The notes below the pieces were generated by a model. The model saw only the letters and a program-made list of their open reading frames with translations. It was not told where the DNA came from and made no database searches. Positions 1-8,141 of a DNA stretch of 64,000 nt are shown piece after piece. Position 1 is the stretch's first letter. The number at the start of each line of letters is the position of its first letter. Source of the stretch: Candidatus Omnitrophota bacterium (lineage in GTDB: Bacteria; Omnitrophota; Gorgyraeia; B26-G9); contig JBDRJV010000007.1 in assembly GCA_043814605.1 (NCBI GenBank), forward strand, positions 3,354 to 67,353, in the 5' to 3' direction. The position numbers and the translations under genes are program-made.

Positions 1-44
1 AATATACGTAGGAAGTAAAAATAGTCCTTTGAAAAAAATAAGTA

Positions 45-318
45 TCACGATAATGGCAAACCATTCGAAAGGATGGGACAGGTAAGAATAAGCCTTCTCG
101 TAGAAATTTTCATAGATGTGAGCTTATTAGTCGCAAGTTGCAAGTCACAAGTTACATGTAAAAGCAAAGACTAAAAGCTAATGATAAAGACTGCGGGAGC
201 AAAGCCACAAACCTAAACAGGTCGCAGGTCTCAAGTAGCAGGCTGCAAGTAAAAGCAATTAACTTGTAACTTGAAACTTGGAACTTGAAACTTGTATGGT
301 GGTTGGGTTGCCGAATGA
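45..318 (+). ncRNA. c-di-GMP-I (GEMM) riboswitch aptamer, interrupted by a 119-nt insertion (80-198) and with an extended P3
   Basis: 55-79 GGCAAACCATTCGAAAGGATGGGAC, 199-218 GCAAAGCCACAAACCTAAAC and 295-315 TATGGTGGTTGGGTTGCCGAA match consecutive parts of the class I consensus (GGCAAAC-P2-GAAA-GGGACGCAAAGCC...TAAA...TATG...GGGTTRCCG); G at position 20 indicates the c-di-GMP type. Confidence 0.8.
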
Positions 319-340
319 AGCAGAGCTCATTTTGAGTCTG

Positions 341-384
341 ATAAAAACCTGTTCTTAACTCTTTCGAGAACAGGTTTTTTTATT
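341..384 (+). terminator. Intrinsic terminator, likely riboswitch expression platform
   Basis: AAAAACCTGTTCT...AGAACAGGTTTTTTT hairpin plus U tract just before the ATG at 395. Confidence 0.8.
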
Positions 385-394
385 AGGCAAAAAA

Positions 395-2866
395 ATGAAA
401 AAATTAAAATATAAAAAATTAAATAAAAACTTAGCAACGCTAACAATTGCTTTATGTTGGATTTTGTTTTCTGCTTCATTAGCCTTGGCTGCTAATCAAA
501 TGAGTCAGGATAGTTATTCATTCAGCGTAATTGAGGATAATGCTGCTCCTTATCTAGATCATTGTTTGCCTACGGCTAACGCAACTGATGTTCCTCAGCA
601 CACAAATATTCAGTTTACTATTAAAGATGACGTTTCCGGCGTTGATAGTGGTTCAATTGATTTGACAGTTGAAGGGCAGTTGATTATTAATGATGGAGTC
701 GTTCAGTCCTTTGTTAATTCAATAGGCATAACAGTTGATTATGATGTTGAAATAATTGAGAAAAATTCTTGTGAATACGTAATTATGTATGATCCTGCAG
801 AGTATTTTGATTACAAACAAGTGGTAAATATAGCAGTTTCCGCTTCCGATTTAGAGAATAATACAGCAGCGGCAATAAATTATTCTTTTAAAACCCAGAA
901 ATTTGTTTATGGCGTGATAAGAAGTCTATCCAGGAGAAATATTTTAAGTGATGCGGCTGAAGGGGAACAGGATTATTCTGCTATTGCCACTTCCTCTGAT
1001 GGAAAAAAAGTTTATATTGTTTGGCAGGAATATTCTCAAGATGGGCAATGGAATATTTATTATATGCAATCGCTGGATTTTGGTCAGACCTATAGCAGTG
1101 CCCAACAAGTTCATCCAACTCAAATAGGAGTTGACCATTGTAATCCTCAAATCACAATTGATGCATTGGATAATGTTTATGTTGTCTGGCAGCAAAGAAA
1201 CCACAGTGCAGACTGGGACATTTATGTAGCAAGCTTAAATAATGGCGATATGGAATTCAGCGATAGTTATCTTGTTTATAATGATTCTGGGTTAACTGAC
1301 CAAACTAATCCCGTAATTTGTGTAAAAGATGCTTTGACTGATGATGGAGATAGTAATACGCAGGAACCTGCGACCCTGTATATCGGCTGGGTGGATGCAA
1401 ATGCCGGAATAAATAGCATAAAATTTATCCGGACAACTGCTAATTATCAGGATTATTGGTATGAATTTGTAAATAACCCAGTACGTGTTGATGATGATCG
1501 CTGGCCGCAACAGGCGGGTGGATTAGCTTTAGAAGTCGACGATGCGGGAAATATTATTATTGCTTGGTTAGGAATTAATGTTGACGGCACCAACAGTATT
1601 TATCTTGACCGGGCGCAAAAATCAATAATTGACAGCGGAGAAAATTTTGGTACAGATATTGAAGTTAGTGCAGCAACAGCAGCACAAATAGCTCCGCGAT
1701 TAGAAGTATCTAGTGATGGAAATAATGCCTATGTTTTATGGTTATCTGAAAATCAAACTCAATGCAATCTGAATTTTTCTGATTATTTGTACAGCCAGGG
1801 ACAAGGGATATTTAATTTAGACAGTAATCATCAAGTAAATGCCACCGCGATTACTCTGGATAGTGTGAGTGGATACGACTTAAAAGTTGATGAGCAATCA
1901 GATGTTTTTGTTGTTTGGCAGGAAATACAATCTGGTAACTATATTGTAAAGATTGCCGGTGCGAGTGAATCAGACTATAATTTCGAAGAATATGTTGATT
2001 TTGATACAAGCGGAACTCAAACCCATCCGGTGTTAGCTTTAGATAATAACGGTTATCATTATTATACCGCATGGTCAAATGATAGTGACGGGGTAAAAGA
2101 AATTAATTTATGCAGGAATACTTTTATTGAAACTGATTCTGTTAGTTCTCAAAAAATTGAAAATGATGTCGGCGGCAGTATTAATGTTACTAGCGGCGAT
2201 TTAAGCGGTACAAATGTTACGGTAATCCAAGATTCTGTAGAAACTCCTTTACAGGTCACAATTGCAGAAGTTGTTGCCGCTCCTTTAACAGCTGGGAATT
2301 TAGTTGTGGTTAGCAATGTTGTTGATTTTGGCCCGGGAGGGACTCAATTTGGTACTCCGGCTACAATAACAATCCCTTACACAGAGGTTCAATTAGATAG
2401 TGCGGGAATTACCAATAATGCTAGTTTAAAAATTTATTACTATAATTTAGCGGCTCAGGATTGGGAAGAAATGCCGGGATCAAGTATTGATTTAGCCGCG
2501 GAAAAAATATCTGTTTCTACAGATCACTTTTCTATGTATGCAATTTGCGGCGACCCGACAAGTACAGTAGATACAGGCAGTATTATTACCCCAGCAGTCT
2601 CAGCTTCATCAGGCGGTGGCGGCGGAGGAGGATGTTTTATTGCTACGGCAGCTTTTGGTACGAAGATGGCTAAAGAAGTCAAAATTCTCTGTGAATTTAG
2701 AGACCGGTATTTATTAACTAATTATTGGGGAACACAGTTTGTAAAGTTTTATTATAAGAACAGTCCGCCGATTGCAGATTATATCAGACAGAAAGAAGGT
2801 TTAAGAAGTATGATTAGATTCTGCTTAAAACCGTTGATTAGCCTGAGCAGAATGATATGTGATTAA
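395..2866 (+). CDS. Secreted/surface protein: Ig-like domain, repeated beta-strand region, ZU5-like domain, CFI-box-CTERM tail
   Basis: Signal peptide (ALA-AN); repeated VYIVWQ strands; FGPGGTQF...TDHFSMYA; C-terminal GGGGGGCFIATAAFG...FRDRYL...YYKNSPP. Confidence 0.8.
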   Translation: MKKLKYKKLNKNLATLTIALCWILFSASLALAANQMSQDSYSFSVIEDNAAPYLDHCLPTANATDVPQHTNIQFTIKDDVSGVDSGSIDLTVEGQLIINDGVVQSFVNSIGITVDYDVEIIEKNSCEYVIMYDPAEYFDYKQVVNIAVSASDLENNTAAAINYSFKTQKFVYGVIRSLSRRNILSDAAEGEQDYSAIATSSDGKKVYIVWQEYSQDGQWNIYYMQSLDFGQTYSSAQQVHPTQIGVDHCNPQITIDALDNVYVVWQQRNHSADWDIYVASLNNGDMEFSDSYLVYNDSGLTDQTNPVICVKDALTDDGDSNTQEPATLYIGWVDANAGINSIKFIRTTANYQDYWYEFVNNPVRVDDDRWPQQAGGLALEVDDAGNIIIAWLGINVDGTNSIYLDRAQKSIIDSGENFGTDIEVSAATAAQIAPRLEVSSDGNNAYVLWLSENQTQCNLNFSDYLYSQGQGIFNLDSNHQVNATAITLDSVSGYDLKVDEQSDVFVVWQEIQSGNYIVKIAGASESDYNFEEYVDFDTSGTQTHPVLALDNNGYHYYTAWSNDSDGVKEINLCRNTFIETDSVSSQKIENDVGGSINVTSGDLSGTNVTVIQDSVETPLQVTIAEVVAAPLTAGNLVVVSNVVDFGPGGTQFGTPATITIPYTEVQLDSAGITNNASLKIYYYNLAAQDWEEMPGSSIDLAAEKISVSTDHFSMYAICGDPTSTVDTGSIITPAVSASSGGGGGGGCFIATAAFGTKMAKEVKILCEFRDRYLLTNYWGTQFVKFYYKNSPPIADYIRQKEGLRSMIRFCLKPLISLSRMICD

Positions 2867-2867
2867 T

Positions 2868-2954
2868 AGTTATGAATGATGAGTTACGAGTTACGAGTGA
2901 CGAATTATAAGTGACGAGTTGCGAATTACGAATGACGAATTATGAATTAAAAGC
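2868..2954 (+). repeat. Degenerate 7-bp tandem array (ARTKAYG x11) ending AATTAAAAGC
   Basis: agttatg aatgatg agttacg agttacg agtgacg aattata agtgacg agttgcg aattacg aatgacg aattatg. Confidence 0.9.
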
Positions 2955-3034
2955 GAATAGAAAAGCAGAGAAAAAAGAAAGGAGTTTTAGATAAACACAG
3001 ATCTAAAAGCTTAGATGAACAATGATAGGAAAGT

Positions 3035-3301
3035 AGATAGAAACCGAGAGACGAGGGACGAAGGAAGAGAGACGAGAAAATAGAAAATATATAAAGTTAC
3101 AAATTACAAGTGACGAATTACGAATTAAAAGCGAATAGAAAAAAACAAAAAAAGAAAAAACTAAAAAGCAAATAAGAGAGACGAAAAAGCGGATAAATTT
3201 TTTAAAAAATAGTTTTTTAAGCGAACGAAGAGAGCGTTCGTCCTTCATGCTAAAGAGTGGAACGAATGGTCGTCTTTCAGACATCGGTAAAAACAGGTAA
3301 C
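3035..3301 (+). repeat. Mosaic dispersed repeat, copy A (copy B at 9161-9377)
   Basis: 35-bp exact match 3082-3116 = 9176-9210; 17-bp exact match 3035-3051 = 9227-9243; ~110-bp similar block 3192-3301 vs 9268-9377. Confidence 0.9.
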
Positions 3302-3366
3302 GGGATTGCTGGAAACGGGTTAACTAGTTTAAAAAATAAGCTGACAAATAAGTGGGAGGCTTAAAA

Positions 3367-3408
3367 ACGAGGGCTTGGTTTTTTAAATTCCAGGCTCTTG
3401 TTTTTTTT
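3367..3408 (+). terminator. Intrinsic terminator
   Basis: ACGAGGGCTTGG...CCAGGCTCTTGT followed by a T run. Confidence 0.65.
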
Positions 3409-3550
3409 AAAAATCAGTGTTATAGTTAGAAAATAGCGAAGAGAAAAAATGCTGCAAGTTGCAGGACTCAGGCTACAAAAGAACGAAAAAACAATAACTG
3501 AAAAAAGTGAACAGCGTTTAGCGATTAGAAAAATCAAAAAATTAAAAATT

Positions 3551-4393
3551 ATGGATAAAAAATTAGTAGATTATTTAACAGTTTTGCTGATTGTATTGTT
3601 TTTAGCAATTATGTATTATCCTGCATTTATTTGGATGTGGGAAAGATGGCATGCTCCTGATACCAATTATAGCCATGGGATATTGATTCCTATTGTTTCT
3701 TTATTTTTGCTTTATTCAAGAAAAGAAAGACTTAAACAAATTCAAATTAAACCGGAAGGTTCAGGTATTATCTTCGTTTGTTTAGCAATTTTAGTGCATA
3801 TTACCGGGAACATGATAAATTTTCCCTTTGCCAGTGCTTTTTCGTTTATAATTATGTTAATCGGAATTGTGCTTTTTTTATTCGGAATAAAAATACTAAA
3901 AGCAGTTAAATTTGAAATATTGTTTTTATTATTCATGATTCCTGCACCGCTAATGTTAATTTCAAATTTAACAATAAGAATGAAATTATTTGCTGCGGGC
4001 ATTGCGACAAATTGTTTGAGTGTAATGGGATTAAAGGCAGTAAGAGAAGGCAGTATGATTCGTATGGGGCATTCATTTTTAGAAATTGAAGCGCCTTGCA
4101 GCGGGTTAAGGTCATTGATTTCCTTATTGGCTTTTGGCGCTGCCTTTGCCTATCTGACAAAACATAAATTTTGGAAAAAAGTAGTGCTTTTTGCAACAGC
4201 GCTACCCATTGCCCTAATTGCTAATGCCGGACGGATAGTCTTGCTAGGCTGGGTGAGTGAGGTATATGGTATGCAGGCAGCACAGGGATGGGTGCATGAT
4301 TTTTCTGGTTTTCTTTTATTCTTTTTTGCTGCTTGCGCGATGATTGCTGTAAATAGCATTTTAATAACACAAAAAATTGATGAACAAAAATAA
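3551..4393 (+). CDS. xrt: Exosortase (EpsH family)
   Basis: YSHG motif, EAPCSGLRS catalytic Cys, ANAGRI Arg, WVHD His; multiple TM helices; start taken at the second Met. Confidence 0.93.
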   Translation: MDKKLVDYLTVLLIVLFLAIMYYPAFIWMWERWHAPDTNYSHGILIPIVSLFLLYSRKERLKQIQIKPEGSGIIFVCLAILVHITGNMINFPFASAFSFIIMLIGIVLFLFGIKILKAVKFEILFLLFMIPAPLMLISNLTIRMKLFAAGIATNCLSVMGLKAVREGSMIRMGHSFLEIEAPCSGLRSLISLLAFGAAFAYLTKHKFWKKVVLFATALPIALIANAGRIVLLGWVSEVYGMQAAQGWVHDFSGFLLFFFAACAMIAVNSILITQKIDEQK

Positions 4394-5015
4394 TTTAGAA
4401 AAAGTAGTTTTAATCTGCTTATTACTAACCGGTATGGTTTTAAGTTTTGTTTTTAAACCAATTAAGTTAGACAATAGTAACGATAAGCGAATAATACAAT
4501 TTCCTCAGACTATCGGAGAATATACTTCAACCGATGTAGTGCTCGGAAAGGAAGTCTATGATATTTTAGAAACTAAAAATGTTATCATGCGTTACTATAA
4601 AAAAAATGCAGAACCGCCGATCTTGTTTTATTTGATTTTCTCCCAGCAAACTCATAAAACATCAGATCCTCCGGAAAATTGTCTTACCGGGGACGGAATC
4701 TTGATTTTACAAAAATCAAAAACTTTTCTTAAGCTTAGCAATAATGTAAAGTTAAGTGTAAATAAATTAATTACCGGTAGTCAGGATAAAAAACAGGTTT
4801 ATTTGTACTGGTTTTTAGCAGGAAATCAATTTGTGGATAGTTATATTACCCAACGGGTTAAATTAATTGCTTCTTATCTAATGCGCAAGCCTCTTAGTGG
4901 CGGACAAATCCGGATTTCTACTGATATAATTGAAGCAAATGAGACAGAAGCCTTGCAAAGGATTAATGCGTTTATTTCAGAATGCTTACCATTATTGGTT
5001 GGACTTCTTTCCTAA
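4377..5015 (+). CDS. epsI: EpsI family exosortase-associated protein
   Basis: FP..IGEY, PENCLTGDG and YLYWF motifs; directly after exosortase. Confidence 0.85.
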   Translation: MMNKNNLEKVVLICLLLTGMVLSFVFKPIKLDNSNDKRIIQFPQTIGEYTSTDVVLGKEVYDILETKNVIMRYYKKNAEPPILFYLIFSQQTHKTSDPPENCLTGDGILILQKSKTFLKLSNNVKLSVNKLITGSQDKKQVYLYWFLAGNQFVDSYITQRVKLIASYLMRKPLSGGQIRISTDIIEANETEALQRINAFISECLPLLVGLLS

Positions 5016-5163
5016 AATTTAAAAAATCTTAAAAAAATACAATTACACTTGCAATATAATTTTTATGTGGTATACTTGCTTAACGTTTTTATTTAACTTG
5101 CTAAAAAAATAGTAAGTTAGGTTAATTATGGCAAAATAATAGTGTTGATTTAAACTATGAGTG

Positions 5164-5181
5164 TGTTGATTAAATTCAACA
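5164..5181. promoter_or_regulatory. Palindromic enhancer/operator TGTTGA-N6-TCAACA
   Basis: Perfect 6-bp inverted repeat about 150 bp upstream of a sigma54 site; second copy at 7122-7139. Confidence 0.65.
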
Positions 5182-5324
5182 GTGAATCAGGTAAATTTCA
5201 TTAATAGAATTCAGAGTTATAAGTAAAAATCAACTGTATCTTTTATAAAGATTTTAATTAATTTGGTTGAAGTAAGTTATAGTTTCACTAAAAAATGCTT
5301 TAAATTATATAAATTATTAATGTT

Positions 5325-5340
5325 TGGCACAGAATATGCT
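5325..5340 (+). promoter_or_regulatory. Sigma54 (-24/-12) promoter
   Basis: TGGCACAGAATATGCT, GG-N10-GC spacing. Confidence 0.75.
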
Positions 5341-5436
5341 TAAGTATAACAGTCATACAAGAAATTTCTTAACTTAGAATTCAGAAAGCAAAAATGATGT
5401 TTTTGAGCAGTGCCTCAAAAAGGGAAAATAAAAAAA

Positions 5437-6222
5437 ATGAAAAGATTTAATGATTTTGCAAAAATAAATATTAGGATTTTAACTATAGCGGTAATAATGT
5501 TTTCGCTATTAGTAATTCCCAAAGTAATGGCAATGTCTTTGGAAGAGGTAATTGATCTTAAGCCATACGGCTTTTTTGCTTTTTTATTCGGTATAGGAAG
5601 CAGTATGCTGCGTTTTGCACAAACCAAATTTAAAAAAATTAAACGGGTTTTTGATATTATTATTGCTCTAGCGGCCCTAATAGTAACTTCACCTTTACTA
5701 TTAGTTTCTTCCCTATTAATTAAGTGGTTTTCACCAGAAGGCCAAATTTTTTATACACAAAAAAGAGTGGGAAAAGATGGAAAAGTGTTTGAAATTTATA
5801 AATTGCGTTCAATGAAACCAGATGCAGAAAAAACTACCGGAGCAGTATGGGCTAATGAAGATAATGATCCCCGAGTGATTCCGGTGATTGGAAATTTTTT
5901 AAGACAATCGCATATAGATGAAATTCCGCAGTTTTTTAATGTATTAATCGGGGATATGAGTGTTGTCGGCCCCAGGCCAGAGAGACCAGAAATCGTAGCA
6001 GATCTAAAGCATAAAATTAGGGAATATGAAAAAAGACTGTATGTGCGTCCAGGGATTACGGGTTTAGCGCAGATAAGAAACCGTTATGATAAAACATTAA
6101 GTGATGTTAAGAAAAAAGTAAAACTTGATCTAATGTATATTCGTAAAATGTGCTTGTTTGGAGAAATAAGCATTCTTTTGAGAACATTTGTTGTAATTTT
6201 TAAGGGAAAAGTTATTAGTTAA
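5437..6222 (+). CDS. Polyprenyl-phosphate sugar phosphotransferase (Bac_transf family)
   Basis: KRVFDI, QKRVG, FEIYKLRSM, IDEIPQFFNVLIGDMSVVGPRPE, PGITGLAQ. Confidence 0.93.
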   Translation: MKRFNDFAKINIRILTIAVIMFSLLVIPKVMAMSLEEVIDLKPYGFFAFLFGIGSSMLRFAQTKFKKIKRVFDIIIALAALIVTSPLLLVSSLLIKWFSPEGQIFYTQKRVGKDGKVFEIYKLRSMKPDAEKTTGAVWANEDNDPRVIPVIGNFLRQSHIDEIPQFFNVLIGDMSVVGPRPERPEIVADLKHKIREYEKRLYVRPGITGLAQIRNRYDKTLSDVKKKVKLDLMYIRKMCLFGEISILLRTFVVIFKGKVIS

Positions 6223-6241
6223 AAAAGAAAGGTGTAGAGTT

Positions 6242-6931
6242 ATGGGAAAAGTTTTTGGGAAGTTAAGTATTTGTGTAGTAAGTTGTGTAGTGATTATGTC
6301 TCCAGTATTTAGTTATGCGGCATTTACTGAGCCGATTTTAAATAATTCAGGGGCGCAGTCATTAACAGGTGCAGGTGGAATTTTAGATACATTATACGGC
6401 TTAGAAAATTTAAGGCGTTTTGATGATGATCTAGATCAACTATGGTCACATAAAACAGAAAATTCTAGCGTGGTTACAGCAGAAGCAAAGTTTGCATCTT
6501 ATTCTCAAACATTTGGCTATATATACGGAGAAGAAGGCAATAGCTTTACAGAGCTTTTTACGGTTGGTTCTGGTAATTTGGGTTATGGCGTATCTAATAC
6601 AGCTATGTTTTCCGTAGGTGATTCTGGGGATCCTTTCCGCTTTGGTAATGATCCTTCTGGTCAATATGGTCCGGGATTATTTAGTTCTGTAGAAACCGAC
6701 AATCCAGATCAAGCAGATCATATGCTTACCTGGTATATTATTGGTGGTGAGAAAAAGGGTAATTTTGTGGTTGCCTGGGAAGATTTACTTAATTTAGGAG
6801 ACCGTGATTATAATGATTTAGTTGTTGAAGTATCTGGTGTACGGCCAAGTGCAGTGCCTGAGCCAGCAACAATATTGCTTTTAGGGCCGGCTTTATTAGG
6901 GTTATTAGGGTTAAAAAGGAAAAAAAGTTAA
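6242..6931 (+). CDS. PEP-CTERM protein with DUF4114-like domain
   Basis: Signal peptide; WEDL...DRDYNDLVV; VPEPATILLLG, TM and KRKKS. Confidence 0.93.
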   Translation: MGKVFGKLSICVVSCVVIMSPVFSYAAFTEPILNNSGAQSLTGAGGILDTLYGLENLRRFDDDLDQLWSHKTENSSVVTAEAKFASYSQTFGYIYGEEGNSFTELFTVGSGNLGYGVSNTAMFSVGDSGDPFRFGNDPSGQYGPGLFSSVETDNPDQADHMLTWYIIGGEKKGNFVVAWEDLLNLGDRDYNDLVVEVSGVRPSAVPEPATILLLGPALLGLLGLKRKKS

Positions 6932-6969
6932 TTATTGACATTATTATAAGTAAGTAGTAATATATATTT

Positions 6970-7019
6970 CACGCTCAGGGATGAGATATTCTGGGAAAAA
7001 TCCCTGAGCGTGTTTTTTT
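6970..7019 (+). terminator. Intrinsic terminator
   Basis: CACGCTCAGGGA...TCCCTGAGCGTG followed by T run. Confidence 0.8.
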
Positions 7020-7065
7020 ATGTTTTAGCATATAGAACTGATTGAAAATACAAAGGTTAGGGGGC

Positions 7066-7094
7066 TTGACAAATAGGTTTACATAAGGTATACT
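7066..7094 (+). promoter_or_regulatory. Sigma70 promoter
   Basis: TTGACA-17bp-TATACT. Confidence 0.7.
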
Positions 7095-7121
7095 TCTGCA
7101 GCCTATTTTTTTTGGTCTTAA

Positions 7122-7139
7122 TGTTGATAAAAATCAACA
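7122..7139. promoter_or_regulatory. Palindromic operator TGTTGA-N6-TCAACA (second copy)
   Basis: TGTTGATAAAAATCAACA just downstream of the sigma70 promoter. Confidence 0.65.
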
Positions 7140-7252
7140 CTGTTGAAAACGTTGAATCTTTTAAAAAGTTATTGATAAATATTAATTTTGTTTTTTATAA
7201 GTAGTATTTTTAAGACACAAATTCTTAAAAGATTTAATGGGGGTTAGTTTGT

Positions 7253-8125
7253 ATGTATACAAGGAAAATATCTGGTTTAAGGATTATTCAGAGATCATGG
7301 CTAGGATGTTTTAATCTGATATTTGGGAAACCCGTAATTGTCTATCCTTTTTTATTTATAAGTATTTTAGAATTAATAAGCATTTTAACTTTATTCCTAT
7401 TCATCCAGCCGCCTTTAGTTAAATATATTAATCCGATTGTGTTACGTTTCTGGGGAGAGAAATTTTTACATTATCCTTTAAATCTGGTTTTATTATCCCG
7501 TCTTTTTTCCTATCTTCAATTAGCAGTTTTAGTCATATTTGGCACTTTTGCTACGGGGATGACGATAAATATGTCTGCGGATTACTTCCTCAATAACCAG
7601 TTTTCCTTTAAAAAAGCGGTATTAGCCACGATTACTAAATATGTGAGTTTATTAATAATCTCATTATTAATATTCTTCCTTTTACATCAGAGCCAAGTAT
7701 TAGAAAATAGAGTACTGCTTAAAATATTAAATAGGGGAAGGTCTTTTTTAGGAGTGGGAGTAGAAGATTGGAAAACGCTTTTCCTTGTATTTTCTGTGGT
7801 TGTTTCGGGTATTATCCAAACAATATTTATATTTATACAGCCCGCAATCATGATTGAAAATAAGAACTTTTTTTTGGCTATTTTTAGGAATTTAAGTTTT
7901 GTAATGAGAAACTTATTTTCCGCTTTAATATTAACAATTATCCCTTTAACTGTATTTATTCCGGTTGTGTTGCTAAAAAGTAATATGATTGTTCTGATGA
8001 ATAGGCTTATTCCGGAAATAGTTTTTATCATACTTATTGCGGGGGTTTTTATTTCGTTTTTTATAAATTTAGTGATTACAATTTCTATAACTAAAGCATA
8101 TTTAGTAATAAAGAATGATAAATGA
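7253..8125 (+). CDS. Multi-pass membrane protein of unknown function
   Basis: About six hydrophobic segments; RBS GGGGG upstream. Confidence 0.75.
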   Translation: MYTRKISGLRIIQRSWLGCFNLIFGKPVIVYPFLFISILELISILTLFLFIQPPLVKYINPIVLRFWGEKFLHYPLNLVLLSRLFSYLQLAVLVIFGTFATGMTINMSADYFLNNQFSFKKAVLATITKYVSLLIISLLIFFLLHQSQVLENRVLLKILNRGRSFLGVGVEDWKTLFLVFSVVVSGIIQTIFIFIQPAIMIENKNFFLAIFRNLSFVMRNLFSALILTIIPLTVFIPVVLLKSNMIVLMNRLIPEIVFIILIAGVFISFFINLVITISITKAYLVIKNDK

Positions 8126-8141
8126 CAAAACTCGGAGCGAT

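Noticed and set aside
79-86. CAG/GTAAG at the left edge of the riboswitch insertion resembles a spliceosomal donor
   Set aside because: Bacterial context and no AG acceptor at the right edge; the insert is also too short for a group I or II intron
3003-3284. 93-aa minus-strand ORF
   Set aside because: Low-complexity translation of the repeat mosaic
2868-3330. Intergenic repeats as a CRISPR array
   Set aside because: No constant 23-47-bp repeat with unique spacers, and no cas genes
3449-3550. N-terminal extension of the exosortase ORF
   Set aside because: Encoded by heptamer repeats; the family-like sequence begins at Met 3551
6936-7019. TTGACA followed by a hairpin as a small RNA gene
   Set aside because: The -10 is weak and the hairpin is explained as the PEP-CTERM terminator
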